Shown: piece after piece, positions 40,825 to 51,480 of the stretch
How the letters are laid out: each line of letters begins with the position of its first letter
Position numbering within the stretch: position 1 is the first letter of the stretch
Assembly (NCBI GenBank): GCA_949948895.1
Contig: CATLHE010000005.1
Span: forward strand, 2,306-66,305
From: an uncultured Christensenella sp.
GTDB taxonomy: Bacteria > Bacillota > Clostridia > Christensenellales > Pumilibacteraceae
Length of the DNA stretch: 64,000 nucleotides
Reading direction: 5' to 3'
Program-made: the position numbers and the translations under genes
The notes under the pieces: generated by a model
What the model saw: only the letters and a program-made list of their open reading frames with translations
Told to the model about the DNA's origin: nothing
The model's database searches: none

Positions 40825-41472
40825 CCCCGCAATCCGTCACGTCCTACGGAGACATGTCGATATGTTCCGCTCTTATTCGGGTGTTTTGTAAAACAAACCG
40901 CAAACGCCAATACACGACAGAAATCCAAGCTGTGCTTGGCAGCTGTCGTGTGTTTGCTTGATTGGTGGTTTGCGTTTCACCCGACAAATATCAAAATAGA
41001 ATATCCCATTATCGATACGTGTCATCCTGAGGCGAAGCCGAAGGATCTAGGGCGCAAGCCCGCACCAATCACAGATTGGATTTCTGTCGTGTGTGAGCGA
41101 TTTAGGTGGTTTTATGTAACACCCGAATAAATGCGGGGCATGGCGAATTATAACGTTTGTTTTATGTGTCGCGTGTGCGGCGGTTCGCCCGGATTCTTCG
41201 CCTACGGCTCAGAATGACAAGTCGGAAGTTGGCGTCTGTCGTGTGTTGGCGTGGTCGGGATAATGGCGACATACCCGAATAAAAACTAATAGTAGGGCGT
41301 GACGACTCGGCACGCCGTTGATTTTTGTACCGCTCTTTTTCGGGTGCAACACAAAAACAACATCAACGTACACACACGAGCATAATCCAAGCAGTGCTTG
41401 GTCGGGCATAACGCAAAACAAATCATATACGCAAATACACGACAATCGTCAAACATTTGGTTTGCACGACAG
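40825..41472. repeat. Composite REP-like cluster (families A, B, C)
   Basis: Same motifs as the other clusters; 40999-41062 is nearly identical to the 19037 and 25952 modules. Confidence 0.85.
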
Positions 41473-41482
41473 TTAAAAATAC

Positions 41483-41511
41483 TTGACAAGGGGGATGGCA
41501 ACTGTTATACT
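41483..41511 (+). promoter_or_regulatory. str operon promoter
   Basis: TTGACA-17-TATACT. Confidence 0.75.
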
Positions 41512-41599
41512 TACTGTTAGCGTGGATTTTTCCGCGCTATGCTTCTATTCGATTTTATGAGTGGGAGCGGCAATACTACTAAAAGGAGGTAGAGTAACA

Positions 41600-41971
41600 A
41601 TGCCTACGATCAACCAGCTCGTAAGGAAAGGTCGCAAAAAGGTCGAGTATAAATCGCTCAGCCCCATTCTCGACAACAACCCGCAAAAACGCGGCGTGTG
41701 CTTGTCCGTTACGACGACCACTCCCAAAAAGCCCAACTCCGCTTTGCGCAAGATCGCTCGTGTGCGTCTTGTAAACAAGATGGAAGGTACGGTCTATATT
41801 CCCGGCATAGGACACAACCTGCAAGAGCACTCGGTTGTGCTTGTCCGTGGCGGCAGAGTGAAGGATTTGCCCGGTGTGAGGTATCACATTATTCGCGGTG
41901 CATTAGACACCGCGGGTGTTGCCAAACGCAAGCAAGCCCGCTCAAAGTACGGCGCAAAACGCGCGAAATAA
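41600..41971 (+). CDS. rpsL: 30S ribosomal protein S12
   Basis: [35 protein letters not shown]; SD AGGAGG before ATG 41600. Confidence 0.99.
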   Translation: MPTINQLVRKGRKKVEYKSLSPILDNNPQKRGVCLSVTTTTPKKPNSALRKIARVRLVNKMEGTVYIPGIGHNLQEHSVVLVRGGRVKDLPGVRYHIIRGALDTAGVAKRKQARSKYGAKRAK

Positions 41972-41974
41972 CGC

Positions 41975-42110
41975 CGTATCCATCGCCGGATACGGACTGC
42001 GTTTGTCTCGTCGCCTCGGTCATGTACGTCTATGTACACTCCCGTCGGCGACTCGTCAACTGCTGTCCGTCTGCGGCGCGGCTACGCCGTTGTCAGCATT
42101 TTGATGCAGT
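41975..42110. repeat. Family D element in the rpsL-rpsG spacer
   Basis: GTCATGTAC-gtctat-GTACACTCC (42019-42) and GCTGTCCGTCTGCGGCGCGGCTACGCCG. Confidence 0.65.
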
Positions 42111-42146
42111 TGTACAAAAAACAAAAATCGAATAAGGAGAAGCATT

Positions 42147-42617
42147 ATGCCGAGGAGAAACGGGGTCCCCAAAAGGGACGTTTTACCCGACCCTATTTAT
42201 AACAGCAAAGTCGTGACCAAGCTCGTCAATCAGATCATGCTCGACGGCAAGAAAGGCACGGCACAGTCAATAGTATACGACGCGTTTTCCATTATCAAGG
42301 AAAAAACGTCGCTCGAACCGCTCGACGTTTTTGACCAGGCAATGGCAAACGTCAAGCCCCAGCTCGAAGTTAAAGCGCGCCGTGTCGGCGGCTCGACCTA
42401 TCAGGTCCCGCTCGAGATCCGCGCCGAGCGTCAGCAAACGCTTGCTATCCGTTGGATAGTCATGTTCTCGCGCAAGCGCGGCGAGAAGACCATGGACGAG
42501 CGTCTTGCCGGCGAGCTTTTGGACGCCTACAACAATACCGGCGCGTCCGTAAAGCGTAAAGAAGAAATGCACAGAGTGGCGGAGGCCAATAAGGCGTTCG
42601 CTCACTTCAGATGGTAA
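42147..42617 (+). CDS. rpsG: 30S ribosomal protein S7
   Basis: [35 protein letters not shown]. Confidence 0.99.
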   Translation: MPRRNGVPKRDVLPDPIYNSKVVTKLVNQIMLDGKKGTAQSIVYDAFSIIKEKTSLEPLDVFDQAMANVKPQLEVKARRVGGSTYQVPLEIRAERQQTLAIRWIVMFSRKRGEKTMDERLAGELLDAYNNTGASVKRKEEMHRVAEANKAFAHFRW

Positions 42618-42624
42618 TGTAATA

Positions 42625-42850
42625 TGACGCGTATACGCGTCGCAATAGTTCGTTAGGCTTCGGCGCCGCTCGGGTCATTTATGCTAAGTAAACTCCCTGC
42701 CGCGCCGCCTCGCCTGCCTGCTCTTGCTCGCGTCAACGCGCCATATTTCGCTCCCGTCGATCGGCACCTGTTGCCCGTCTGCGGCGCGACTGCGCCGCCG
42801 TGATCGAGCGCATGTGTGCTCGCGTGTAAATGCGAGAATTGCGATCGCGC
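42625..42850. repeat. Family D element in the rpsG-fusA spacer
   Basis: GTCATTTAT-gctaa-GTAAACTCC (42674-96); CCTGTTGCCCGTCTG (42767-81) identical to 14309-23. Confidence 0.65.
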
Positions 42851-42883
42851 GGAGCGTTAATTCGGAAATAAGAGGAACACAAA

Positions 42884-44992
42884 ATGGCAAGACAGTTTAA
42901 GTTGGAAAATACCAGAAATATAGGTATCATGGCACACATCGACGCGGGTAAGACCACCACGACCGAGCGTATCTTGTTCTACACCGGTAAGGTGCACAAG
43001 ATAGGCGAGACCCACGACGGCGGCGCGACCATGGACTGGATGATACAGGAGCAGGAACGCGGCATTACCATTACGTCGGCGGCTACGACCACACAGTGGC
43101 GTACCGGCGCCGATGCGCCCATGACGCGTATCAACATTATAGACACTCCGGGACACGTCGACTTTACGGTCGAGGTCGAGCGCTCGCTCAAAGTGCTTGA
43201 CGGCGCTGTTGCGGTATTCTGCGCAAAGGGCGGCGTCGAGCCTCAGTCCGAGACCGTTTGGCGTCAGGCGGACAAGTACGGCGTTCCCCGTATCGCTTAC
43301 GTCAACAAGATGGACATAAACGGCGCGAACTTCTTTAACGTTCTGGACATGATGAAAACGCGTCTCGGCGCGCATCCCGTCGCGTTACAGATTCCCATCG
43401 GCAAGGAAGATACCTTTAAGGGTATGATCGACCTTATCACGATGAAAGCGGAAGTTTACGAGGACGACCTCGGCAACGTGATCAACGAGCAGGAGATACC
43501 AGCCGAGCTCAAAGCGGATGCGGACAAGTACCGTCAGATCCTTCTCGAAGCGGTCGCCGAAACGGACGACGCGCTTATGGAGCGGTTCTTCGAGAACGGC
43601 GGCGCGGACTTTACCGTAGAGGAGCTCCGTACCGCTATCCGCAAGGCAACTATCAACATGACGATGAACCCGGTATTCTGCGGCTCGTCGTACAAGAACA
43701 AGGGCGTGCAAAAGCTTTTGGACGCAGTCGTTTATTACCTTCCGAGCCCCGTCGACATCGCGCACATCAAGGGTACCAAACCCGACAGCGACGTCGAAGA
43801 GGAGCGCAAAACTGACGACAGCGAACCGTTTGCCGGTCTTGCGTTCAAGATCGCTGCCGACCCGTTCGTAGGTAAGCTCGCGTTCTTCCGTTGCTACAGC
43901 GGCGTATGTCCCGCAGGCTCGTATGTTCTCAACTCGACCAAAGGCAAGAAAGAGCGCATAGGCAGACTGCTTTTGATGCATGCCAATTCGCGCGCCGATA
44001 TAGACGAAGTTCGCGCGGGCGATATTTGCGCGATAGTCGGACTTAAAGACACGACCACGGGCGATACGCTTTGCGACCCCGCGCACCCCATCGTATTGGA
44101 GAGCATGGAGTTCCCCGAGCCCGTTATCCGCGTCGCTATCGAGCCCAAGACCAAAGCCGGTCAGGAAAAAATGACCATGGCGCTTATCAAGCTCGCAGAG
44201 GAAGACCCCACGTTCAAGACCTACACCGATCAGGAGACCGGACAGACGATCATCGCGGGTATGGGCGAGCTGCACCTCGATATCATAGTAGACCGTCTGC
44301 TTCGCGAGTTTAAAGTCGAAGCAAACGTCGGTAAGCCGCAGGTCGCATACCGCGAATCGGTCAAGAAAAAAGTCGAAGCGGAAGGTAAGTATATCCGTCA
44401 GAGCGGCGGTAAAGGTCAGTACGGTCACGCCAAGATCATCATGGAGCCGCTGGAACAAGGCGCGGGCTATGTGTTCGAGGATAAGACCGTCGGCGGATCC
44501 GTTCCCAAAGAATATATCCCCGCAGTCGACGCAGGTATACAGGAAGCGCGCATGAGCGGTATCCTTGCCGGATACGAGTGCGTGGACTTCAAAGTCACGC
44601 TTTACGACGGCAGCTACCACGAAGTCGACTCGTCCGAAATGGCGTTCAAGATCGCGGGTTCCATGGCGTTTAAAGACGGTATGAAAAAGGGCGACGCGTA
44701 TCTTTTGGAGCCCATCATGAAAGTCGATATCACGCTTCCCGACGAGTATCTCGGCGACGTTATGGGCAACGTAAGCTCGCGTCGCGGCAATCTTATGGGT
44801 ACAGACCTCGTAAACGGCAGTCAGACGATACACGCGGAGATCCCGCTCAGCGAAATGTTCGGTTATGCGACCGACCTTCGTTCGCGCACGCAGGGCCGCG
44901 GCAACTACACCATGCAGTTCGACCACTACGCCGAAGTTCCCAAGAACATCGCCGAAAAGATAATAGGCGAGCGCAACAAGGCGCAGGGCTAA
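42884..44992 (+). CDS. fusA: Elongation factor G
   Basis: [55 protein letters not shown]. Confidence 0.99.
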   Translation: MARQFKLENTRNIGIMAHIDAGKTTTTERILFYTGKVHKIGETHDGGATMDWMIQEQERGITITSAATTTQWRTGADAPMTRINIIDTPGHVDFTVEVERSLKVLDGAVAVFCAKGGVEPQSETVWRQADKYGVPRIAYVNKMDINGANFFNVLDMMKTRLGAHPVALQIPIGKEDTFKGMIDLITMKAEVYEDDLGNVINEQEIPAELKADADKYRQILLEAVAETDDALMERFFENGGADFTVEELRTAIRKATINMTMNPVFCGSSYKNKGVQKLLDAVVYYLPSPVDIAHIKGTKPDSDVEEERKTDDSEPFAGLAFKIAADPFVGKLAFFRCYSGVCPAGSYVLNSTKGKKERIGRLLLMHANSRADIDEVRAGDICAIVGLKDTTTGDTLCDPAHPIVLESMEFPEPVIRVAIEPKTKAGQEKMTMALIKLAEEDPTFKTYTDQETGQTIIAGMGELHLDIIVDRLLREFKVEANVGKPQVAYRESVKKKVEAEGKYIRQSGGKGQYGHAKIIMEPLEQGAGYVFEDKTVGGSVPKEYIPAVDAGIQEARMSGILAGYECVDFKVTLYDGSYHEVDSSEMAFKIAGSMAFKDGMKKGDAYLLEPIMKVDITLPDEYLGDVMGNVSSRRGNLMGTDLVNGSQTIHAEIPLSEMFGYATDLRSRTQGRGNYTMQFDHYAEVPKNIAEKIIGERNKAQG

Positions 44993-45199
44993 GCGGAGTT
45001 TATAGGCTGTAACTACAATCAAACGTTTGCGGCGGCGATTTTATCGCCGCCGTGACAACAATAAAACGGCGCGTCGTTCGTCCGTGCCGACCGTGAGAAA
45101 TTATACAAAAACCATGTCAAAACGGTTGTTATTTTACGGGAAATGTATTATAATTAAGACGAACCTACAATTCAGTAATATTTTTGGAGGACCATTATA

Positions 45200-46402
45200 A
45201 TGGCAAAGGCAAAATTCGACAGAAGCAAGCCGCACGTGAACATCGGTACGATCGGTCACGTCGACCACGGCAAAACCACCCTTACCGCGGCAATCACCAT
45301 GGTGCTTGCCTCCAAGGGTTTGGCAGAGCAGATGCGTTACGACCAGATCGATAAAGCTCCCGAAGAAAAGGCGCGCGGTATCACCATCAACACCTCGCAC
45401 GTTGAGTACCAGACGGCTAACCGTCACTACGCGCACGTTGACTGCCCGGGACACGCGGACTATGTTAAAAACATGATCACGGGTGCCGCTCAGATGGACG
45501 GCGCTATCCTCGTTGTTGCGGCTACCGACGGCGTTATGCCCCAGACCCGCGAGCACATCGTTCTTGCGCGTCAGGTCGGCGTTCCCAAGATCGCTGTATT
45601 CATGAACAAGACCGACCAAGTCGACGATCCCGAGATGCTCGAGCTTGTCGAGATGGAAATTCGCGAGATACTCAGTAAGTACGACTTCGACGGCGACAAC
45701 TGCCCGATCATCAAAGGCAGCGCGCTCAAAGCGCTCGAAGCCGCTCAGGCAGGCAAAGCCGACGATCCCGCTTGCAACTGCATTATGGAGCTCATGGAAG
45801 CTGTTGACAGCTACATTCCCACGCCGGAACGCGACGTCGACAAACCCTTCCTTATGCCCGTTGAGGACATCTTCACGATCACCGGCCGCGGCACCGTTGC
45901 TACCGGTCGTGTAGAGCGCGGCGCTATCAAAGTCGGCGATCCCGTCGAGATAGTCGGTATCCGTGCCACGAAGAGCTCGGTCGTTACCGGTATCGAAATG
46001 TTCCGCAAGACGCTTGACTCCGCTCAGAGCGGCGACAACGCGGGTATCCTTCTCCGCGGTATCGACCGTAAAGATATCGAGCGCGGACAGGTTATCGCGA
46101 AACCCGGCTCCATCACCCCTCACACCGAGTTCAAAGCCGAGGTGTACGTTCTTAAAAAGGAAGAGGGCGGCAGACACACCCCGTTCTTCAACGGCTATCG
46201 TCCGCAGTTCTACTTCCGCACGACGGACGTTACCGGTCTTGTCGAGCTCCCGAAGGGCGTTGAGATGGTCACCCCCGGCGATAACGTAACGATGACCGTT
46301 ACGCTTATCCACCCGATCGCCGCCGAAAAGGGTCTTCGCTTCGCTATCCGCGAAGGCGGCAGAACCGTTGGCTCGGGCGTTGTTACCGAGATCATCAAAT
46401 AA
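45200..46402 (+). CDS. tuf: Elongation factor Tu
   Basis: [44 protein letters not shown]. Confidence 0.99.
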   Translation: MAKAKFDRSKPHVNIGTIGHVDHGKTTLTAAITMVLASKGLAEQMRYDQIDKAPEEKARGITINTSHVEYQTANRHYAHVDCPGHADYVKNMITGAAQMDGAILVVAATDGVMPQTREHIVLARQVGVPKIAVFMNKTDQVDDPEMLELVEMEIREILSKYDFDGDNCPIIKGSALKALEAAQAGKADDPACNCIMELMEAVDSYIPTPERDVDKPFLMPVEDIFTITGRGTVATGRVERGAIKVGDPVEIVGIRATKSSVVTGIEMFRKTLDSAQSGDNAGILLRGIDRKDIERGQVIAKPGSITPHTEFKAEVYVLKKEEGGRHTPFFNGYRPQFYFRTTDVTGLVELPKGVEMVTPGDNVTMTVTLIHPIAAEKGLRFAIREGGRTVGSGVVTEIIK

Positions 46403-46433
46403 TAGCGGTTTGCGCTTAATCTTAATCATTGAC

Positions 46434-46464
46434 AAAAAGAACGATCCGAAAGGATCGTTTTTTT
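46434..46464 (+). terminator. Intrinsic terminator after tuf
   Basis: AAAAAGAACGATCC-gaaa-GGATCGTTTTTTT. Confidence 0.85.
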
Positions 46465-46469
46465 GTTCC

Positions 46470-46763
46470 CAAGCCGAAGGCTTGGCGTCTGTCGTGTGCC
46501 AACCAAATGTTGGACGAATGTCGTGTGTTGGCGCGTGCGGTGTGTTTGAGGTAGCACCCGAATAAATGCAAAGCATTCATGGGTTACGATTGGTTTGAGG
46601 TTTACGCTTTGCGGCGGTTCGCCTAGATTCCTCGCGAGCTCGGAATGACAATAAATGATATGTTCCATACTTATTCGGGTGCAACGTAAAATCAATCACT
46701 CATGCAAACACACGACAGACGGTCAAGCGTAAGGCTTGCCGTGTGCCAACCAAATGTTTGTCA
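46470..46763. repeat. Composite REP-like cluster (families A and B)
   Basis: CCAAGCCGAAGGCTTGG-n-TGTCGTG; AGATTCCTCGCGAGCTCGGAATGACA. Confidence 0.8.
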
Positions 46764-46861
46764 AAGCTACACGGCTGTGCTATAATATCGCATGTAGGCG
46801 TGCATGCAAGCCGACGCTTTTGCTCGCGATACGAGCTTGACCAAGTAACGGGAGATGCGAT

Positions 46862-48310
46862 ATGGTATACAAGAAAGAACGGGACTTTATAATCGCCGTC
46901 ATGCGCGACGCATTCGATAAGTATTGCGGACTGAGTCTCAATACCGCACAGAAAAGCGCGTTCGATCTTGTCACAGATATTGACCTGAACATAGAAAAAT
47001 TCATCGCCGAAGCGATACGCAAAGAATATCCCGCCGATATCATTCACGGCGAGGAGTTCTCATCCGCCGCGGGCATAACGGGTCGGGCATGGACTGTCGA
47101 TCCCATCGACGGCACGTGCAATATGGCAAACGGCTCCAAACTGTTCGGTATGCAGTGCGCGCTCATCGACGACGGCGAGATCGTCATGGGCGCGGTGTAC
47201 TTGCCGCACTTTGACGAGACCATATGCGCGAGTAAGGGCGACGGATGCTACTTCAACGGCAAGAAGATAACGGTCGATAGCGGCGGGACGCTTAATAACG
47301 CCATAGTCAGCTTCGGCGACTACTCGCATGCGGACGACGACTGCGGCGAAATAGAACACGCGGCAATCAAAAAACTATATCCACAAGTCGCCAAGATCCG
47401 CATGTTCGGCGCGGCGTGTCTGGACTTTTCGTTCGTGGCGCAGGGCAGAACGCACGGCACGGCGCTCATGACCAAAAACCTGTGGGACATAGCGCCCGGC
47501 ATAGTCATCTGTCGCGAAGCGGGCGCGATTGTGACCAACCTCAAAGGCAACCCGTACAGGATCGGCGACGAGGGCGTAGTTGCCGCGGCGAGTGTACAAC
47601 TGAATCGGCTTATATGCGACAGTTTCGCAGGTAAACTTACGTTCGGTTCGGGCATAGAGCCCATATGTTTCGACGCGTGCATATTCGACTTTGACGGAGT
47701 AATAGCGGATACCGAAAAGTTCCATTACGCGGCGTGGAAGCGCGCGTTTTCGGAATACGGCGTGGAACTTACCGAAGCCGAATATCTGCCGCTACGGAGC
47801 ACGGGCAAGGCTAATATTATAGCATTCGGCGAGAGAAAGCGCGGCAAAGCCTTTACCGCCGAGCAGAAGTCGAAGATAGCCGAAATTAAAAAATCGGAGT
47901 TTTTAAAAGCCACGTCCGGTGTGACCGACGCCGATATGATAAAAGGCGCGCGCGAGTTTGTAACGCGCGTAAACCGCGCATGCGTCAAGACCGCCGTCGC
48001 GTCGTCGGCACAGACCGCGGGCAGTATGATAGAAAAGCTTGGTATCAAAAACGCGTTCGACGTAGTGATTGATGGCAATGCCGATCTTCCCAAAAAACCT
48101 TCGCCTGATATTTATTTTGCCGCTATGTCAGAGCTCGGCGTCGCGCCGCAGAAGTGCTTGGTTTTCGAGGACTCCGCGGCGGGCATAGAGGCGGGGCTCG
48201 CGAGCGGCGCGAGCGTGATAGCTATAGGCGGGATAAAAGACGACCGTGCGCTCATGTGCGTAGACGACTTTACCGCTTTGTTGAATATGTCGGTCGCAGA
48301 CGAGCGATAG
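46862..48310 (+). CDS. Inositol-monophosphatase family / HAD (beta-PGM-like) phosphatase fusion
   Basis: IHGEEF, WTVDPIDGT.N, WDIAPG (IMPase); FDFDGVIADTE, ASS, KKPSPDIY, VFEDS..GIEAG (HAD). Confidence 0.88.
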   Translation: MVYKKERDFIIAVMRDAFDKYCGLSLNTAQKSAFDLVTDIDLNIEKFIAEAIRKEYPADIIHGEEFSSAAGITGRAWTVDPIDGTCNMANGSKLFGMQCALIDDGEIVMGAVYLPHFDETICASKGDGCYFNGKKITVDSGGTLNNAIVSFGDYSHADDDCGEIEHAAIKKLYPQVAKIRMFGAACLDFSFVAQGRTHGTALMTKNLWDIAPGIVICREAGAIVTNLKGNPYRIGDEGVVAAASVQLNRLICDSFAGKLTFGSGIEPICFDACIFDFDGVIADTEKFHYAAWKRAFSEYGVELTEAEYLPLRSTGKANIIAFGERKRGKAFTAEQKSKIAEIKKSEFLKATSGVTDADMIKGAREFVTRVNRACVKTAVASSAQTAGSMIEKLGIKNAFDVVIDGNADLPKKPSPDIYFAAMSELGVAPQKCLVFEDSAAGIEAGLASGASVIAIGGIKDDRALMCVDDFTALLNMSVADER

Positions 48311-48356
48311 AGGTTTGCAAAAATCAAACGCGTCAATGCTGTATGGGGGGTATGCT

Positions 48357-48944
48357 ATGAAGTTTGACATAAACGCTTGCGAGTGGGTGAGAAAACCCAA
48401 AGAGGTTACGGTATCAAACGAGAAAATAACCGTAACGACCGAGCCGAATACCGACCTGTGGCAGAGAACGTATTACGGATTCCGCAACGACAGCGCGCCG
48501 CTTTTACTCATGAAAACGAGCGAGAAGTATTTTTCGTTTACCGTAAAAACGGAGTTCGAGAGCAAAAGGCGGTTCGATCAGTGCGGTGTCGCCGTGTACC
48601 TCGACTGCGATAATTGGCTGAAAGCGTCCGTCGAGTACGAGAACGGCGATTTTCAAAGGTTGGGCAGCGTAGTTACCAACGACGGCTATTCCGATTGGGC
48701 GACTACCGACATACCCGCGAATATAAAAACGGTATGGTACAGGCTGAGCAGAAGAGGTTCCGACTATTGTATCGAAAGTAGTTTAGACGGTATAAATTAC
48801 AAGCAAATGCGAATATGCCATTTGGTCCGCGGCGCGGAAAAGATAGCGTTCGGCATTTATGCGTGCAGTCCCGAAAACTCTTCGTTTAAAGCGACTTTCG
48901 GTGAAATGCAAGTAACCGAGTGCATGTGGAAAGAGCATAAATAG
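48357..48944 (+). CDS. DUF1349 family protein
   Basis: TEPNTDLWQRTYYGFRNDSAP, FDQCG, WLKAS.E, GSVVTN.GYSDW, GIYACSP. Confidence 0.88.
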   Translation: MKFDINACEWVRKPKEVTVSNEKITVTTEPNTDLWQRTYYGFRNDSAPLLLMKTSEKYFSFTVKTEFESKRRFDQCGVAVYLDCDNWLKASVEYENGDFQRLGSVVTNDGYSDWATTDIPANIKTVWYRLSRRGSDYCIESSLDGINYKQMRICHLVRGAEKIAFGIYACSPENSSFKATFGEMQVTECMWKEHK

Positions 48945-48976
48945 AATATCTAAGAAAAACGAGCTATGGCGTTTTG

Positions 48977-49573
48977 TCATAGCTCGTTTATGTTTTCTTC
49001 GTCGGTTTCAATGAGGTCGGGTCGCAAGGCGTATATTGTGTTTTTGTATTCCGTTATGCCCGACATTATGGCGTAAGCCGTTACATGTTTCTTGTCGAAA
49101 TACAGAACAAATTTGCCCGTAGCGTTTTTCGCATCCCGCAGTGTAGTGATTTTGCCTTGATCTATGTGAGAGTCTATAAAACCGGTTATATCGGCAATGT
49201 TGTACGTCTTTCTTTTGCGAAACATGCCGACTACCGTAACGGTAGTATCGGTGTAGAATATTTTTTGGGAAACAAAATAAGCTGCAATACTAATTAAAAT
49301 ATTCATCAATCCCATCCATATAAATATCATAGGATCGTCAGCCGCGTCGTCATTTTGCGGATATATAGTCAATACCAATACGACTACTATCAATATCACG
49401 ATAAACGCAAACATAACGGTAAAAGATGTAATTGCAACGCGCGCGTATTTTACGCATTTATTTCCGACGGCTTTCTTGTCTCTGTTTTTTATCAAATGCC
49501 AAATGTGCCAACCGAAAAGATGCGTCCAGAGCGCCGATATGATCGATATGGCAATTATATCTTTTGTGTCCAT
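48977..49573 (-). CDS. Membrane protein of unknown function (tandem paralog 1)
   Basis: Three hydrophobic helices, then KIFY..TTVTVVGMFRKRKTY.IADIT..RPDL. Confidence 0.7.
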   Translation of the reverse strand: MDTKDIIAISIISALWTHLFGWHIWHLIKNRDKKAVGNKCVKYARVAITSFTVMFAFIVILIVVVLVLTIYPQNDDAADDPMIFIWMGLMNILISIAAYFVSQKIFYTDTTVTVVGMFRKRKTYNIADITGFIDSHIDQGKITTLRDAKNATGKFVLYFDKKHVTAYAIMSGITEYKNTIYALRPDLIETDEENINEL

Positions 49574-49633
49574 AAATAAACTCCCATATTTACAGCCGCA
49601 AGCGGATCGTTTTCCGCCATGTTATATCATGTA

Positions 49634-50245
49634 TTACTGCTTTTTTGATTTTTTAAGATCGGGGCGCTTGTGGTAGATAGTTTTTCTAAACTCCTCAATG
49701 CCCATCATAAAAGAACTAGCCGAAACGCGCTTTTTACCGAAGTACAAAACTAGCCGTCCCTGTGCTTTTCGTTGCGTCATCCCCAATGTGTTCGTGTCGT
49801 TAAACACTTGGACGGAATCGCGCACGTCGGTTATATCCGCTATCTCATACGTTTTCTTTTTGCGAAATATGCCGACGACCGTTATCGTATTTTCGTTGTA
49901 ATAAATCTTTTTTGAAAATAAATACTCTATCGTTATCGCGATAACGTCCAAGACGACCGTACCTATCTGCGCATAGAGCATGTCTGGCACGGCGTCGGCG
50001 GGCGCGTTCTCGACATTCAAAGCGACCAAGTACACTATACTCGCTATCAATACGACAACCGTCATGAGAATCCCGAGTATGAAAATGATTTTGAAAACAA
50101 TATCGATAAAAGTCATCCACCGCACGCACTTTTTGTCGGCGGCTTTTTTGTCGCCGTGCCTGCTTAAATACCAAATGAACCCAGCTAAGATCTGTACCGT
50201 CAGTACGGATATTACCGATACAAATATTATTCCTTGTATGTCCAT
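49634..50245 (-). CDS. Membrane protein of unknown function (tandem paralog 2)
   Basis: Same layout and KIYY..TITVVGIFRKKKTY.IADIT..RPDL motif as paralog 1. Confidence 0.7.
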   Translation of the reverse strand: MDIQGIIFVSVISVLTVQILAGFIWYLSRHGDKKAADKKCVRWMTFIDIVFKIIFILGILMTVVVLIASIVYLVALNVENAPADAVPDMLYAQIGTVVLDVIAITIEYLFSKKIYYNENTITVVGIFRKKKTYEIADITDVRDSVQVFNDTNTLGMTQRKAQGRLVLYFGKKRVSASSFMMGIEEFRKTIYHKRPDLKKSKKQ

Positions 50246-50376
50246 TACATTCCCCGCAGTGCATAGTATTTATACTGTGATTATATCATGACATGAGTAA
50301 AAAATAAAGGGTTTTAATAAAAACGGCGCAGAGCTTTTACGTTCTGCGCCGTTGCGGTTTTATAGTTATCGATTTA

Positions 50377-51480
50377 TTACACGCTTCTTACGGGCAGAAC
50401 GAGGTATATATACTCGTCTACGCCGCCTGCGGGCGAGACCACGCACGCCGAAGTCGAGTTGGTCATGTTAAGCACTATTGTGTCGCAGGTCATAAGGTGC
50501 AGGAATTCGGTGAAGTAGCGCGCGTTGAACGAGATGGATATGTCCGCGCCATCCGTTTTGACGGGGAGGTTTTCTTCCACATTGCCGACGTCGCTTCTCG
50601 ACTTGACGGTCATATTGGTTTGAGAAATATCGAAGCGCACGAGGTAGTTGTTCTTTTCCGTTTTTGCCATGAGCACGGCGCGGTCGATAGCGTCTTCGAA
50701 CAGGGCTTTGGGAATATACACCTGCGTGTCGAAGTGTTGGGGCACTATCTGGCGGTAATTGACGAACTCGCCGTCGATAAGTCTCGTGGTGATGGTCGTT
50801 GCGTCCAAACGCACCATGAGATAGTTTTTGTGCATGAACAGTTTGACCGTGTCGTCGTTGTCTGGCACGAGTTTGGATATTTCCATGACCGCGCGGACGG
50901 GCACGACAATGCTCGTGCACGCAGTGGTCGCGATGAGCGGTTTTACGCACTTGGCAAGGCGGTATCCGTCGAGCGCGACGGCGACTACGTCCTCCTCGTT
51001 TATCTCGAGCAGCACGCCTTTGAGCGCGGGGTGCGAGTCGTCGGTGCATACCGAAAACGCGACTTTATTGACGAGATCGCGGAAATCGGAGTTTTTCATT
51101 TCAAAGTGCTGTGTGTCCTCGACGCGGTTGACTTCGGGGAACAACTCCGCCGAGTAGCAACCGAATTCGCCTTCGCTGCGCTCGTAGTCGATCTTGAGTC
51201 GCGAACCGTTGGATGTGAGCACTATGTTCTGCGAAGTAAGTTTTTTAACGAAATCGCCGAACAGTTTGCCGGGAACGACTACTTCGCCCGATTCGATCAC
51301 TTCCGCACGTATCATGTGCTCGATGGAAAGCTCCAGGTCGGTCGCCGTAAGTGTGAGCGTGCCCGCTTCCGCCGACATTTTGATGCCTTCGAGCACGGGG
51401 TTGGTCGAGCGCGCGGACGCCGCTTTTATTACGCGTCCCACCGCCTCGCAGAGATCGTTACCGTTGCATTCGACTTTCAT
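50377..51480 (-). CDS. dnaN: DNA polymerase III beta sliding clamp
   Basis: ATDLELSI, VVPGKLF, LKGVL, VALDGYRLA, TRLIDGEFVNY, SFNARYF, LVLPVR; own promoter TTGACT-17-TATAAT on the - strand (51536-51508). Confidence 0.95.
   Translation of the reverse strand: MKVECNGNDLCEAVGRVIKAASARSTNPVLEGIKMSAEAGTLTLTATDLELSIEHMIRAEVIESGEVVVPGKLFGDFVKKLTSQNIVLTSNGSRLKIDYERSEGEFGCYSAELFPEVNRVEDTQHFEMKNSDFRDLVNKVAFSVCTDDSHPALKGVLLEINEEDVVAVALDGYRLAKCVKPLIATTACTSIVVPVRAVMEISKLVPDNDDTVKLFMHKNYLMVRLDATTITTRLIDGEFVNYRQIVPQHFDTQVYIPKALFEDAIDRAVLMAKTEKNNYLVRFDISQTNMTVKSRSDVGNVEENLPVKTDGADISISFNARYFTEFLHLMTCDTIVLNMTNSTSACVVSPAGGVDEYIYLVLPVRSV

Noticed and set aside
41600-41971. Streptomycin-resistance allele of rpsL
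   Set aside because: PKKPNS and RVKDLPG lysines are wild type
14192-46695. Short ORFs inside repeat clusters (e.g. 14192-14767, 18581-19405, 26022-26339, 27965-28452, 40822-41501, 46426-46695)
   Set aside because: They translate the repeat motifs (HTTKIQAVLG, TRQKSKLCL) in inconsistent frames and strands, so they are by-products of the repeats
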